The position numbers and the translations under genes are program-made. This document shows positions 1-10,120 of a stretch of DNA of 62,918 bases, one piece after another (the stretch's first letter is position 1; the number at the start of each line of letters is the position of its first letter). Source of the DNA: Candidatus Microgenomates bacterium (GTDB lineage Bacteria > Patescibacteriota > Microgenomatia > Levybacterales > UBA12049); contig JANWKV010000006.1 of the NCBI GenBank assembly GCA_025451195.1, forward strand, positions 1-62,918. Reading direction: 5' to 3'. The notes beneath the pieces were generated by a model that saw nothing but the letters and a program-made list of their open reading frames with translations, ran no database searches and had not been told where the DNA came from.

Positions 1-2
1 AA

Positions 3-200
3 ACAATCAAAGGATTTGAATCATTTGAACATGCTGATATGTGGCTTAATGGATATTTTTTGAAAAGAAGAATGCAACCGTTTACCGATTGTACAAAACA
101 ATTTGCAAGATTGAATGGCACCGCTTCTTTACAACATTCCGTACATCATCCTAATGCGTATTTTCATGCTTTGGAGTTGATAAAAAAGCGCCCGTTTTGA
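3..200 (+). CDS. 3' end of a CDS truncated by the window edge, possibly a transposase-like protein
   Basis: Frame 3 is open from the edge to TGA at 198-200 (TIKGFESFEHADMWLNGYFLKRRMQPFTDC...). The KGFxS...WLNGY segment recalls the C-termini of DDE transposase-like CPR proteins (recollection, unverified). It ends 20 nt from the tRNA 3' end. Confidence 0.45.
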   Translation, partial: TIKGFESFEHADMWLNGYFLKRRMQPFTDCTKQFARLNGTASLQHSVHHPNAYFHALELIKKRPF

Positions 201-219
201 AACGGTGTGGGTGTGGAGG

Positions 220-304
220 CGGAGGGGGTGGGATTTGAACCCACGGTACCTTACGGTACGGCGGTTTAGTAAACCGCTGCACTAGGCCACTATGCGACCC
301 CTCC
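220..304 (-). tRNA. tRNA-Ser, class II, anticodon ACT; CCA not encoded
   Basis: Minus strand GGAGGGGTCGCATAGTGGCCTAGTGCAGCGGTTTACTAAACCGCCGTACCGTAAGGTACCGTGGGTTCAAATCCCACCCCCTCCG. Acceptor stem GGAGGGG/CCCCTCC; anticodon arm GCGGT-TTACTAA-ACCGC; long variable arm GTACC-GTAA-GGTAC; T-loop TTCAAAT; discriminator G. Confidence 0.93.
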
Positions 305-352
305 ATTAAATTCAGAGGAAGTTGCGCCTTGAGGGCGCCCCTCCATTAAATT
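298..352. repeat. 15-bp direct repeat (298-312, 338-352) duplicating the tRNA 5' end, around a small GC hairpin
   Basis: cccctccattaaatt occurs twice, 40 bp apart; the gcgcc..ggcgc hairpin lies between the copies. Confidence 0.85.
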
Positions 353-372
353 TTGAAGAACCTGAGTTTTTA

Positions 373-1179
373 TTATACCATCTCAGATTGGTATTTTTGG
401 GTTGTATCTTTTTGCTCCCTGAGTATCTTTATTTTTTGCAAAATACTGTCGATCAAATTTTTTTCCAAATCCGAAAATACATCCTCTTTTTTAGTTTTTG
501 ATTTTTTTATCTTCTCTTTCCAGGAAAACCACTCAGACTCTTTAAGTTTTTTATACTGCCAATCTGTTTTTTGAATCATATTTTCTACTTCTATAAGGAG
601 CATTTCCAACTGTTCTATTGTTTGATCTATCACATTATCGTCAAGATTTTTTTCCAAAGCTCTCAGTGTTTCCAAATCATGCTCTCTGTATGCTTTGTTC
701 AATTTTTTAACAATGTCTTCTCTTTTTGATTTTTCTTCCTTTTCTATTACTAAATCCGGATGAAATTTTACAATCAGTTTTTTCCAAAGTGTTTTTATCT
801 GCAACAGTGTTTTTTTAGAAACCTGTTTTTGAGTCGTTATTATTTGCTCTTTTTCTTCATTTCTTTCCTCTTCTGAGAATAAATCATTGTAAAAAGAATT
901 ACTTTCTTTTTTAATTGCTTCTTCAATGCTTAACCCGTTGTTTAAATTTTCATTAAGGTTTTTTTGCTGCATTATTTCCAGATCCAATTTATTATCTTTT
1001 TCCAAAAGGGCACCTATCCTAACCGAGTATTCGTGCTCTATAAGCATTAGCTCTTCCCTGAGTTTCTCCAGTTTTTCCATTTTCTGCTCAAGGATTTTTT
1101 GTTTTCTCGCAATGGAATCCCTAAGCTGGATTTTTTGCTTTTCTTCTTTTGAAGTTACTGTTTGGACCGCTTTATTCAT
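373..1179 (-). CDS. coiled-coil protein with an internal J-domain (DnaJ-like)
   Basis: WKKLIVKFHPD...KKLNKAY is a J-domain HPD signature; flanks are long heptad-rich helices. Confidence 0.7.
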   Translation of the reverse strand: MNKAVQTVTSKEEKQKIQLRDSIARKQKILEQKMEKLEKLREELMLIEHEYSVRIGALLEKDNKLDLEIMQQKNLNENLNNGLSIEEAIKKESNSFYNDLFSEEERNEEKEQIITTQKQVSKKTLLQIKTLWKKLIVKFHPDLVIEKEEKSKREDIVKKLNKAYREHDLETLRALEKNLDDNVIDQTIEQLEMLLIEVENMIQKTDWQYKKLKESEWFSWKEKIKKSKTKKEDVFSDLEKNLIDSILQKIKILREQKDTTQKYQSEMV

Positions 1180-1226
1180 AGAGCTGAAGCTAAATCATAC
1201 CACAAAGAGGGGGTTTTTAAAAGGAA

Positions 1227-1610
1227 TTATTTCCCGCCGATAAGCTGAACGAGGTTATTGTCCAAATCGTAAAAGGTTGCAAAATACCTGTCCATTGTTG
1301 GCGCTTTAAATGGTTTTGCTAAAAATTTTACACCGCGGTCTTTTAATATTTTGTACGTTTCTGATACGTGATCAACCACAAAATTAAACATGTGCCTGTG
1401 GATATCCTTATTTTTACCATGAACTTTGGAATGTTTTCCAATCCACAAATATACATTCCCAACCATAAATCCAACGCCTGTGTCATCGGGGTGGTTTAAT
1501 TCTTCCAATATTTTCAAACCCAATTTTTCCTGATACCAGCCAACAAGCGCTTTATAATTATCAGACCAAATAAGAATTGCCGAAATATCTTTTATACCAA
1601 CGTCTTTCAT
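1227..1610 (-). CDS. VOC/glyoxalase family protein
   Basis: WYQEKLGL, FNFVVDHV, GVKF and FYDLDNNLVQL motifs; start set at ATG 1610 (ATGA overlap with the upstream gene). Confidence 0.8.
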   Translation of the reverse strand: MKDVGIKDISAILIWSDNYKALVGWYQEKLGLKILEELNHPDDTGVGFMVGNVYLWIGKHSKVHGKNKDIHRHMFNFVVDHVSETYKILKDRGVKFLAKPFKAPTMDRYFATFYDLDNNLVQLIGGK

Positions 1611-1951
1611 ATCAAAACGCGGATAAAGTAGTATTCGGAAGGAGAGTCGCCTTCTGCAAGCCATTTATGCATGGCACTGGCAGGTATTATAAAAACATCT
1701 TCCGGAGCATATTCCAAAACTTCGTTTGCGCAAAACACTTTTCCCTCCCCTTTTAAAATAATTCCAATTTCAACATAATTTGGGTGGTTGTGCCAGTCAT
1801 ATTTTTCACCTGGGCGCAAAACTCCTTTTGTTATAGCGTCAATATATTTACTGCCGGTTGTATCTTTAGTTGCCAAAGTTTTTCGTGTGTTTTTTACATT
1901 ATGGATTTCTTCAAACGGAAGATTGTTTATATTTGTTCTGGTAAATTTCAT
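1607..1951 (-). CDS. cupin domain protein
   Basis: WHNHP..E...GEG and IPASAMH cupin motifs; AAGGAG SD upstream. Confidence 0.85.
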   Translation of the reverse strand: MKFTRTNINNLPFEEIHNVKNTRKTLATKDTTGSKYIDAITKGVLRPGEKYDWHNHPNYVEIGIILKGEGKVFCANEVLEYAPEDVFIIPASAMHKWLAEGDSPSEYYFIRVLI

Positions 1952-1998
1952 GATATTCTCCTTATTATAAAGCTTTTATGCTTAATGTAAATGGTTTA

Positions 1999-2580
1999 TT
2001 AAATTTCTACACCAAAGACTTTTAAATCTTTTATAATCTGTTCGTTTGATTTAAAAATAATACCTTTCATGCCAACATTTTCTGCGCCCTCAATATTTGA
2101 CTTTCGATCGTCAATAAAAATACTCTCTTCAGGCTTTACTTCCAGGCGCTTAACGATGATTTTGTAAATTTCCGGTTCCGGTTTAATTGCACCACCAACC
2201 TCGGTTGAAACAACAGTCACGTCAAAATATTTTGGAAGATGATACATTTCAAATAATTTTTCTTTCCATTCCCTTGGAAAATTAGATAAAAATCCTGTTT
2301 TGTATTTTTTATGTAAATGTGAAATGTAATTTAGAAGTTGAGTATTAAGAGTAAACATAGAAAACATTTCTTTTTCTATTTGCGCTGTGTCTTTCCCGGA
2401 TGCTTTACTTAATTCCAAAAGTAATTCTTGAGTTGAAATCTCTGTGCTGTCTACTTTCTTTGACAAATCCATAAAATGGATTTCTTTTTGAGAAATATCC
2501 AAAATATTTTTGTATAACCAATTCCAGTAGCCCTCCCCAACAATAACCCCTGCAAAATCAAAAATTACAGCTTTTATCAT
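1999..2580 (-). CDS. HAD family hydrolase/phosphatase
   Basis: IFDFAGV, LSN, KPEPEIY and FIDD motifs. Confidence 0.9.
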   Translation of the reverse strand: MIKAVIFDFAGVIVGEGYWNWLYKNILDISQKEIHFMDLSKKVDSTEISTQELLLELSKASGKDTAQIEKEMFSMFTLNTQLLNYISHLHKKYKTGFLSNFPREWKEKLFEMYHLPKYFDVTVVSTEVGGAIKPEPEIYKIIVKRLEVKPEESIFIDDRKSNIEGAENVGMKGIIFKSNEQIIKDLKVFGVEI

Positions 2581-3164
2581 AACTTATTTATTTTGTGATA
2601 AATACTTGGGATATTTTCTCTACCGTATTTTAAAGCTTTTGCCATCCAGATTAACTCACCGTATGCTCTTTTAATTCTGCGAATATATCCTTCATCTATT
2701 ATTGTCTCGTCTTTATTGAATAGGTTTTGCACCTGGGGAAAATAAACATCGGAAAATGTTACTACCATTCCCATTTCCCGGACAGTTGGGACAAGTTCTT
2801 CAATTGCACGTGCTCCTCCAAAAATTCCATTTGAAACTCCTGCAAAAGCAACAGGCTTATGAATGTAATTTTGCAACTCGCTATCTAACATTCGTTTTAA
2901 ACTCCCAGGGAAACTGTGATTATATTCCGGAGTTACAATAAAAAATCCATCTGCCCTTTTTGTTATCTCTGAATACCTTGGGTCTTTATTTTCCAGGTCA
3001 TTGCCGTCATATGGAAAATTGTAATTCTGAGGATCGACTAACTCAACTTCAATTTCCTCAATTTCCTGCCCTATTTTAGTAACAAGGTTTGCTACTTTTA
3101 TAGATTCCCTTTTGGGCCGCGTTGTGCCTAGCAAAATTGGAATAAATAATTTTTCCATAATCAT
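2577..3164 (-). CDS. NAD(P)H-dependent FMN reductase
   Basis: LGTTRPKRES and TPEYNHSFPGSLKRMLD motifs. Confidence 0.9.
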   Translation of the reverse strand: MIMEKLFIPILLGTTRPKRESIKVANLVTKIGQEIEEIEVELVDPQNYNFPYDGNDLENKDPRYSEITKRADGFFIVTPEYNHSFPGSLKRMLDSELQNYIHKPVAFAGVSNGIFGGARAIEELVPTVREMGMVVTFSDVYFPQVQNLFNKDETIIDEGYIRRIKRAYGELIWMAKALKYGRENIPSIYHKINKL

Positions 3165-3712
3165 ATTTCATTCTGAACTTGTTTCAGAAGTTTTACCAAC
3201 TTTTCTCTCCAAAATGCCTGAATTTCTTTTGCTTGTTTTTGAGTTGGAATTTTTTCATGTCCAACTGCAACTTGTGATTTACCTTCTCCTTTTGAATAGA
3301 ACCCAACATCTACTCGAGTTTTCCCATCCGACCATTTTATTCGCATTGATTTATCTTTTGTTGCTTTTGTAATAGTAAATTTTTCCGAAAGCCACTGTTT
3401 TCTTTTTTTCCCATCTTCCCAAAAGCTGTAAAGAATATTTATAGGTACAGGAACTGTTTTTGATGCACCAACCTGAAACCCGCCAGAGTTTTGACTATCA
3501 ATTCTTAATCCTTTTGCTTTTTCGTATCCAACTGTTACCATTTGCGACCACCAACCGCTTTTTAAATAATTATCATTAACGAATTTTGCTATTTCTTTGT
3601 GAGGCTTTTGAAAAAGCATTTCTTTGTCTAAAATGACAATCCATTCGTCCCAGGTTTTACCGGTTGCCTTCTTAACCGATTCGGAAAACATTCCGTTTAC
3701 AATTTCTGCCAT
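3161..3712 (-). CDS. DUF4287-like / SRPBCC-like protein
   Basis: N-terminal VKKATGKTWDEW...GWWSQMVTVGYE followed by an SRPBCC-like domain ending in FWREKL. Confidence 0.65.
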   Translation of the reverse strand: MAEIVNGMFSESVKKATGKTWDEWIVILDKEMLFQKPHKEIAKFVNDNYLKSGWWSQMVTVGYEKAKGLRIDSQNSGGFQVGASKTVPVPINILYSFWEDGKKRKQWLSEKFTITKATKDKSMRIKWSDGKTRVDVGFYSKGEGKSQVAVGHEKIPTQKQAKEIQAFWREKLVKLLKQVQNEI

Positions 3713-3788
3713 AAAACAATTATAACAAAATACAATATGGAAAATGTTGTATTAATGCAATTTTAATTGCGAATGGTACAATGGATAT

Positions 3789-4238
3789 GTGAAAGCATTA
3801 CTTGATTTCTTTAAAAAAAATTCATTGCTTTTTATCTTCCTGACTCCATGGATTGTTGACACATTTGTTACTCTTTTAGGACAAGACGAAAGCTTCTGGC
3901 ACGGGTCGCTTTTTATAAACGAGGCACATCCTATTTATCATTATTTACTAACACTTGGCCCTATACCTTTCATTATGGGTAATGTGGTGGAGCTTTCGAT
4001 TGTTTATTTTTTTGTTAAAATTTTGCCAAGACCAATAAATCTAATGCTTGCTCTTGGATACGGGACAGGCACTGTTTGGTCTTCGAGCAGTTGGACATAC
4101 ACCATTTTAAGTAAATTTTTACCGGGTCAGGAAGTAAATGCGTTTTATTATGACTGCATCTATTTAATTCTAATGGGGATAATTGCGGGTTTTTGCGTTA
4201 ATTTATATTTTGAAAGTGTTTTTAAGAAGAAAAAATAA
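3789..4238 (+). CDS. hypothetical membrane protein
   Basis: 149-aa ORF with about four hydrophobic segments; TACAAT 6 nt before the GTG start. Confidence 0.7.
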   Translation: MKALLDFFKKNSLLFIFLTPWIVDTFVTLLGQDESFWHGSLFINEAHPIYHYLLTLGPIPFIMGNVVELSIVYFFVKILPRPINLMLALGYGTGTVWSSSSWTYTILSKFLPGQEVNAFYYDCIYLILMGIIAGFCVNLYFESVFKKKK

Positions 4239-4241
4239 ATC

Positions 4242-4910
4242 CTACATTTTTACAACTTTTGAAACAAGGTTATCTCCAATTTTTTCAACCTTTACAAAAA
4301 AATTAAATTTATCAAACATCATGCTGTAATGGAAATCCTCTTCCGGAAGAAATGTAACCCCCGGGTCTAAAAAAAGCTGTCCGCCTTTGGTAAGACGCAT
4401 TGCCTGTACAATTTCTTTTTTGTTTATGGTCTTTTCTTGCAGCATATCGGATAAGTAATCAGCAAATAGCATATCTTCCGGATCTGTTGAGACAATTGAA
4501 ACAAGACTTGGATTTTGTTTTTGAATATGCAAAACAATTGCAGATCCTGTTACAAAACTACCAAAGATTAGCTCTTTTGCGTTTATTGCCCTAACCAACC
4601 CTTGTGTTCCCTGTGAACTTCTGTGAACAATTGTTTTACCTGATAAATCAATTTTAGAAATTTCAAATGGAGAATTACCAAAATCAAATCCTTTTATTTT
4701 AATCGCTTTATTCTCACCCATTAGTAAATATTTTGGATTTTCTTTTTTTAATGCAAAAGCTTCTTCCGCTGTTGCGACAGGCAAGATTTGTTTTGCGCCT
4801 TTGTAAAAAGCGAAAGCTTCTGTTGTTGCGGCGCGTAAAATATCTATAACAACTACTACTCCTTTCGCTTTAACTGCATTTGGAACTCCGTAATATTTTT
4901 GTATTTTCAT
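4242..4910 (-). CDS. comB: 2-phosphosulfolactate phosphatase (ComB) family protein
   Basis: VVIDILRAATT, GE....GFDFGNSP and SQGT motifs. Confidence 0.85.
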   Translation of the reverse strand: MKIQKYYGVPNAVKAKGVVVVIDILRAATTEAFAFYKGAKQILPVATAEEAFALKKENPKYLLMGENKAIKIKGFDFGNSPFEISKIDLSGKTIVHRSSQGTQGLVRAINAKELIFGSFVTGSAIVLHIQKQNPSLVSIVSTDPEDMLFADYLSDMLQEKTINKKEIVQAMRLTKGGQLFLDPGVTFLPEEDFHYSMMFDKFNFFVKVEKIGDNLVSKVVKM

Positions 4911-4934
4911 GTGGAAATTTTCTTAAAGGGGAAA

Positions 4935-5336
4935 TTAACTAAATTTTTCATAGCCTAAAATAATAAAATAGACTAAAACAGGAAGATATAAAAATCCAAC
5001 AAAAGAAGAACTACTTTCCTGTGATGCACCTATTTGAGAAGAAATCTGTGTCACATAAAATATTGCCAACGTAAAAATTCCGGTCAAAATGCATGAATAT
5101 ACGTAGAGTATTACTCTCCAAACATTCCATTTATATTTTTTATACTCAATAATAATAACAATAAGAAAAATTGCAATTGGTGACAAAGAGAATATACCGG
5201 CAACCGGATCTTGAGCCGAATCAGAACTACTGCCTGTTGGAATAAGAGTAAAAAGAGTTAGAAACAAAAGCATAAAAGTCGAATAACCCCAAAGGGCGGT
5301 TCTCAAAAGCGCAAATTCCTTATTATTATTTTTCAT
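4935..5336 (-). CDS. hypothetical membrane protein
   Basis: 133-aa ORF with four TM-like segments. Confidence 0.65.
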   Translation of the reverse strand: MKNNNKEFALLRTALWGYSTFMLLFLTLFTLIPTGSSSDSAQDPVAGIFSLSPIAIFLIVIIIEYKKYKWNVWRVILYVYSCILTGIFTLAIFYVTQISSQIGASQESSSSFVGFLYLPVLVYFIILGYEKFS

Positions 5337-5404
5337 CTTTATTAAGAGTATTCAAATGAAACAAAAAAGTAAAGTCAAATCATAAAGGTGTTTCCAAAAT
5401 TTAA

Positions 5405-5433
5405 TTGACAGTTTTATAAAAAAAATCTATGTT
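5405..5433 (+). promoter_or_regulatory. sigma70-type promoter
   Basis: TTGACA (5405)-17 nt-TATGTT (5428), 6 nt before ATG 5440. Confidence 0.6.
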
Positions 5434-5439
5434 ATGGAT

Positions 5440-5574
5440 ATGATTGTCAAAAAGAAAGACGGATACTATGTTCTTTCCGGAAAAACTAAACGCAATTTAG
5501 GTGGTCCATATAAAACCAAACAAGAAGCGGCAAAAAGATTAAGACAAGTAGAATTTTTTAAACATCAAAAATGA
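5440..5574 (+). CDS. small basic protein (44 aa), absent from the ORF track
   Basis: MIVKKKDGYYVLSGKTKRNLGGPYKTKQEAAKRLRQVEFFKHQK; has its own promoter, and its stop overlaps the next ATG (ATGA). Confidence 0.75.
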   Translation: MIVKKKDGYYVLSGKTKRNLGGPYKTKQEAAKRLRQVEFFKHQK

Positions 5575-6788
5575 AAATAAGAAATATACTAATAATTGTC
5601 TTGATATTAATTGCGGGTATATATTTATTTTTTAAGACTCCTAAAACAACACATACTCCTCAAGCATTGCAAAATCAAACAACAACAGTTTTGTCTAATT
5701 CAACAGCAAAACAAAATACTCAATCTATAAAATATATTTCTGCAGGAGCGAGTCCAAATATCCCTCTAAATTTACCAGGTGATTTTACAATCCACATTTT
5801 TGCAACCGGTCTTGGAACTGCGCGCGATTTACAATTTAGCCCAGGTGGAACTCTTATAGTTTCTAATCCATCGGGAAATAGCGTCTATGCACTACCTGAT
5901 AAAAATAATGACGGAGTTGCGGATGAAATTAAACCTATCATCAGCGGGGAAAATCATGTTCACGGACTTGCTTTTTATAACGGCAAATTATTTATTGCGG
6001 ACGTAGATAAGGTTGTAAGGTATAACTGGAATGAAACAACTTTAACCGCGACAAAAGATAAAGTTCTTTTTACCCTTCCGGAAAATGAAGACCACAACAA
6101 CCGCTCATTGATTTTTACTTCGGACGGAAAATTATTTATTTCACTCGGGTCAACGTGTAATATTTGCCGTCAGTCACCAACTGTTGGCGGATCAGTATTA
6201 GCATCTGATGCTAATGGTACTCCTCCAAAAGTTTTTGCAACCGGACTCAGAAATTCTCCGTTTTTTGCAATTAATCCTAAGACTAAAGACATTTGGGCAA
6301 CAGAAATGGGAAGGGATTATTTAGGAGATAATACTCCCCCTGACGAAATTAATATTTTATATGAAAGCAAAAATTACGGCTGGCCTAATTGCTATGGAAA
6401 TAAAATTCATGATACAAATTTTGACGGAATAAATCCTGACAATTGTGGAAATACCGAACCTCCAATTTACCAAATCCCCGCACACTCTGCCCCACTCGGA
6501 TTAACTTTTATTAATTCTTCCCAGTTTCCAGAAGACTGGCAGGGCGATTTGCTTGTTGCCTACCACGGTTCTTGGAATCGGTCTGTTGCAACCGGTTATA
6601 AAGTTGTGCACCTAAAAGTAAATGGAAATACAATAACCGGCTCCGATGATTTCCTTACCGGGTTTTTACAAGGAACAACGCAAAATTCAAGTTTGGGCAG
6701 GCCTGTTGATTTAACTTTTGATAAGTATGGTAATCTTTATTTATCCGACGACAAGTCGGGAAATGTTTACATAATCCAGAAAAAATAG
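5571..6788 (+). CDS. PQQ-dependent sugar (glucose/sorbosone) dehydrogenase family beta-propeller, membrane-anchored
   Basis: GSTCN, ATGLRN, PPDEIN, YGWP, HSAPLG, HGSWNR and GRPVD motifs; N-terminal TM. Confidence 0.9.
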   Translation: MKIRNILIIVLILIAGIYLFFKTPKTTHTPQALQNQTTTVLSNSTAKQNTQSIKYISAGASPNIPLNLPGDFTIHIFATGLGTARDLQFSPGGTLIVSNPSGNSVYALPDKNNDGVADEIKPIISGENHVHGLAFYNGKLFIADVDKVVRYNWNETTLTATKDKVLFTLPENEDHNNRSLIFTSDGKLFISLGSTCNICRQSPTVGGSVLASDANGTPPKVFATGLRNSPFFAINPKTKDIWATEMGRDYLGDNTPPDEINILYESKNYGWPNCYGNKIHDTNFDGINPDNCGNTEPPIYQIPAHSAPLGLTFINSSQFPEDWQGDLLVAYHGSWNRSVATGYKVVHLKVNGNTITGSDDFLTGFLQGTTQNSSLGRPVDLTFDKYGNLYLSDDKSGNVYIIQKK

Positions 6789-6866
6789 AAATTGCTTTTG
6801 TTGTTTCTAAATTTTAAAGATTATATCTACTCCTCCAACAGTAATTACAAGTGGTATAATCTTTAA

Positions 6867-7745
6867 GTGAAAATAAAAAAACCCAATATCCTCAAACGTC
6901 TCATGTTTCAAAAAGGTCAGAAAATAATTACTCTACCCTCAATGAAAAAATTAGGAATTATAAACGGAATGTCTATTGGTAAGGGTGTAAAAAATATGGC
7001 GGAAAGATTTGAGCCAAACAATATTGATGATGTAAGACAAAGAAATAGTGATTTTTTAACTGCCATTGGAGCATCATCTTTGTCTTTGGGATTCTTAATG
7101 ACTAAGACGATTCGTGGACAGTCTCCAATTGTAGATATTTCTAAAGACATGGTTAAAGAATATAAACAGAAAACAAAAGATTTTGAAAATGTTTTGGAAA
7201 ATACGGAAGCAATGATAACAACAGAGCCTGTTCCGCTTATCGCAAAACTTGCTGATTGTTTTTCGGCAGTTATTTATTCAAAAACTGGTAAAGGAAAAAA
7301 GATTCTAGCACTTTTACACTTAAGTCGCGACCAGGTAGATAATTTATTAATTGGAAAAGTTATTGAGCATTTGACGATTAAGTTTAATTGTAATCAAAAT
7401 GAAATGGTTATCGGTATTTTTCCGGGAATGGGAAAACCTTATCATACGATATCCTTAAAAGACAAAGACAAATTTATTATTGAAAAAAATTGGAAGGGAT
7501 TTATGGAAAAATCTGGGGACGGTAAAAAGATTATTCTTGATTCTTTAGGAAATATAATTAACCAATTTGAGAAATCAGGAATTAGACCGGAAAATATAGA
7601 GGCTTACGGTTATTCAGATGAGGTTGATACGTTCACTTTAGCACGAAAAGGCTTTGCCTTTTCTAATAGATATTCAACAAGTACCAGTCAGCCTGAAAAA
7701 AACGGCCGTAATCTAGTTGTCGTACAATTACCAAAAATTGTTTAG
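6867..7745 (+). CDS. divergent YfiH/PgeF (laccase-domain, nucleoside phosphorylase) family protein
   Basis: EAMITT..P....ADC, LLH, GIFPG, DTF and FSNR...GRN motifs. Confidence 0.65.
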   Translation: MKIKKPNILKRLMFQKGQKIITLPSMKKLGIINGMSIGKGVKNMAERFEPNNIDDVRQRNSDFLTAIGASSLSLGFLMTKTIRGQSPIVDISKDMVKEYKQKTKDFENVLENTEAMITTEPVPLIAKLADCFSAVIYSKTGKGKKILALLHLSRDQVDNLLIGKVIEHLTIKFNCNQNEMVIGIFPGMGKPYHTISLKDKDKFIIEKNWKGFMEKSGDGKKIILDSLGNIINQFEKSGIRPENIEAYGYSDEVDTFTLARKGFAFSNRYSTSTSQPEKNGRNLVVVQLPKIV

Positions 7746-7774
7746 AAACTTTAGAAGATTTTATTACCTTAAAA

Positions 7775-9548
<1,774 letters not shown>

Positions 9549-9555
<7 letters not shown>

Positions 9556-9842
9556 ACAATCGCGAGTATGTCTTCCTGGCTAATTAGAGTCCATTCTTCC
9601 GCGCCAGCACCCATTTTTATTTCATTTCCTCCCCATTTTTTGTACATAACTTTGTCACCAATTTTTACAACCATTGGGTGCAAATCACCTTTTGGTCCTA
9701 TTTTCCCTTTACCAACTGCTTTTACAACTCCAATCTGTGGTTTTTCTTTTGCGCTGTCGGGTAAAATAATACCCGATGCAGTTTTTGTTTCTGCTTCCAG
9801 TGGGGCAACCAAAACATTATCAAATAACGGTGTAACTTTCAT
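9549..9842 (-). CDS. groS: co-chaperonin GroES
   Basis: MKVTPLFDNVLV...KTASGIILPDSAKEKP; start set at ATG 9842. Confidence 0.97.
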
Positions 9843-9868
9843 AAAAATTGTGGACAATCTCCTTAAAA

Positions 9869-9895
9869 AAATCACTCTTGCGAGATGATTGCTAA
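9869..9895 (-). promoter_or_regulatory. degenerate CIRCE element (HrcA operator)
   Basis: TTAGCAATC-N9-GAGTGATTT versus consensus TTAGCACTC-N9-GAGTGCTAA, directly upstream of groES. Confidence 0.75.
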
Positions 9896-9957
9896 TTTAT
9901 ACCATTTTATATTTTTTTTTGCAATAACCTATAGAAAAGTGATTGAGTTTGAAAAGC

Positions 9958-9986
9958 TTGACAGAGTATATGTACTCCTTTAGCAT
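9958..9986 (+). promoter_or_regulatory. sigma70-type promoter
   Basis: TTGACA-17 nt-TAGCAT upstream of the 10121 gene. Confidence 0.5.
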
Positions 9987-10022
9987 AGACTTAAGCCCTT
10001 AATTTGGGCGGGTTTTGCTGTT

Positions 10023-10101
10023 TATACTACTCATACTTGATTTTGCAAAAAAAATTGATGAGATCAAAATCAAGTAATCGGGTACTATACACTATTTGCA
10101 A
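10023..10101 (+). repeat. MITE-like palindromic element, copy A
   Basis: TATACTACTCATACTTGATTTTG-variable loop-CAAAATCAAGTAATCGGGTACTATACACTATTT; near-identical ends at 20362-20423 (-) and 53115-53188 (+). Confidence 0.85.
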
Positions 10102-10120
10102 ACCTGAGTTAGCTAAGTAT

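Noticed and set aside
4242..4910. Coenzyme M biosynthesis inferred from comB
   Set aside because: ComB-family phosphatases are widespread, and no other com genes are in the window.
10004..10120. Long N-terminal extension of the PKD protein
   Set aside because: It runs through the MITE-like repeat; ATG 10121 directly precedes the TM.
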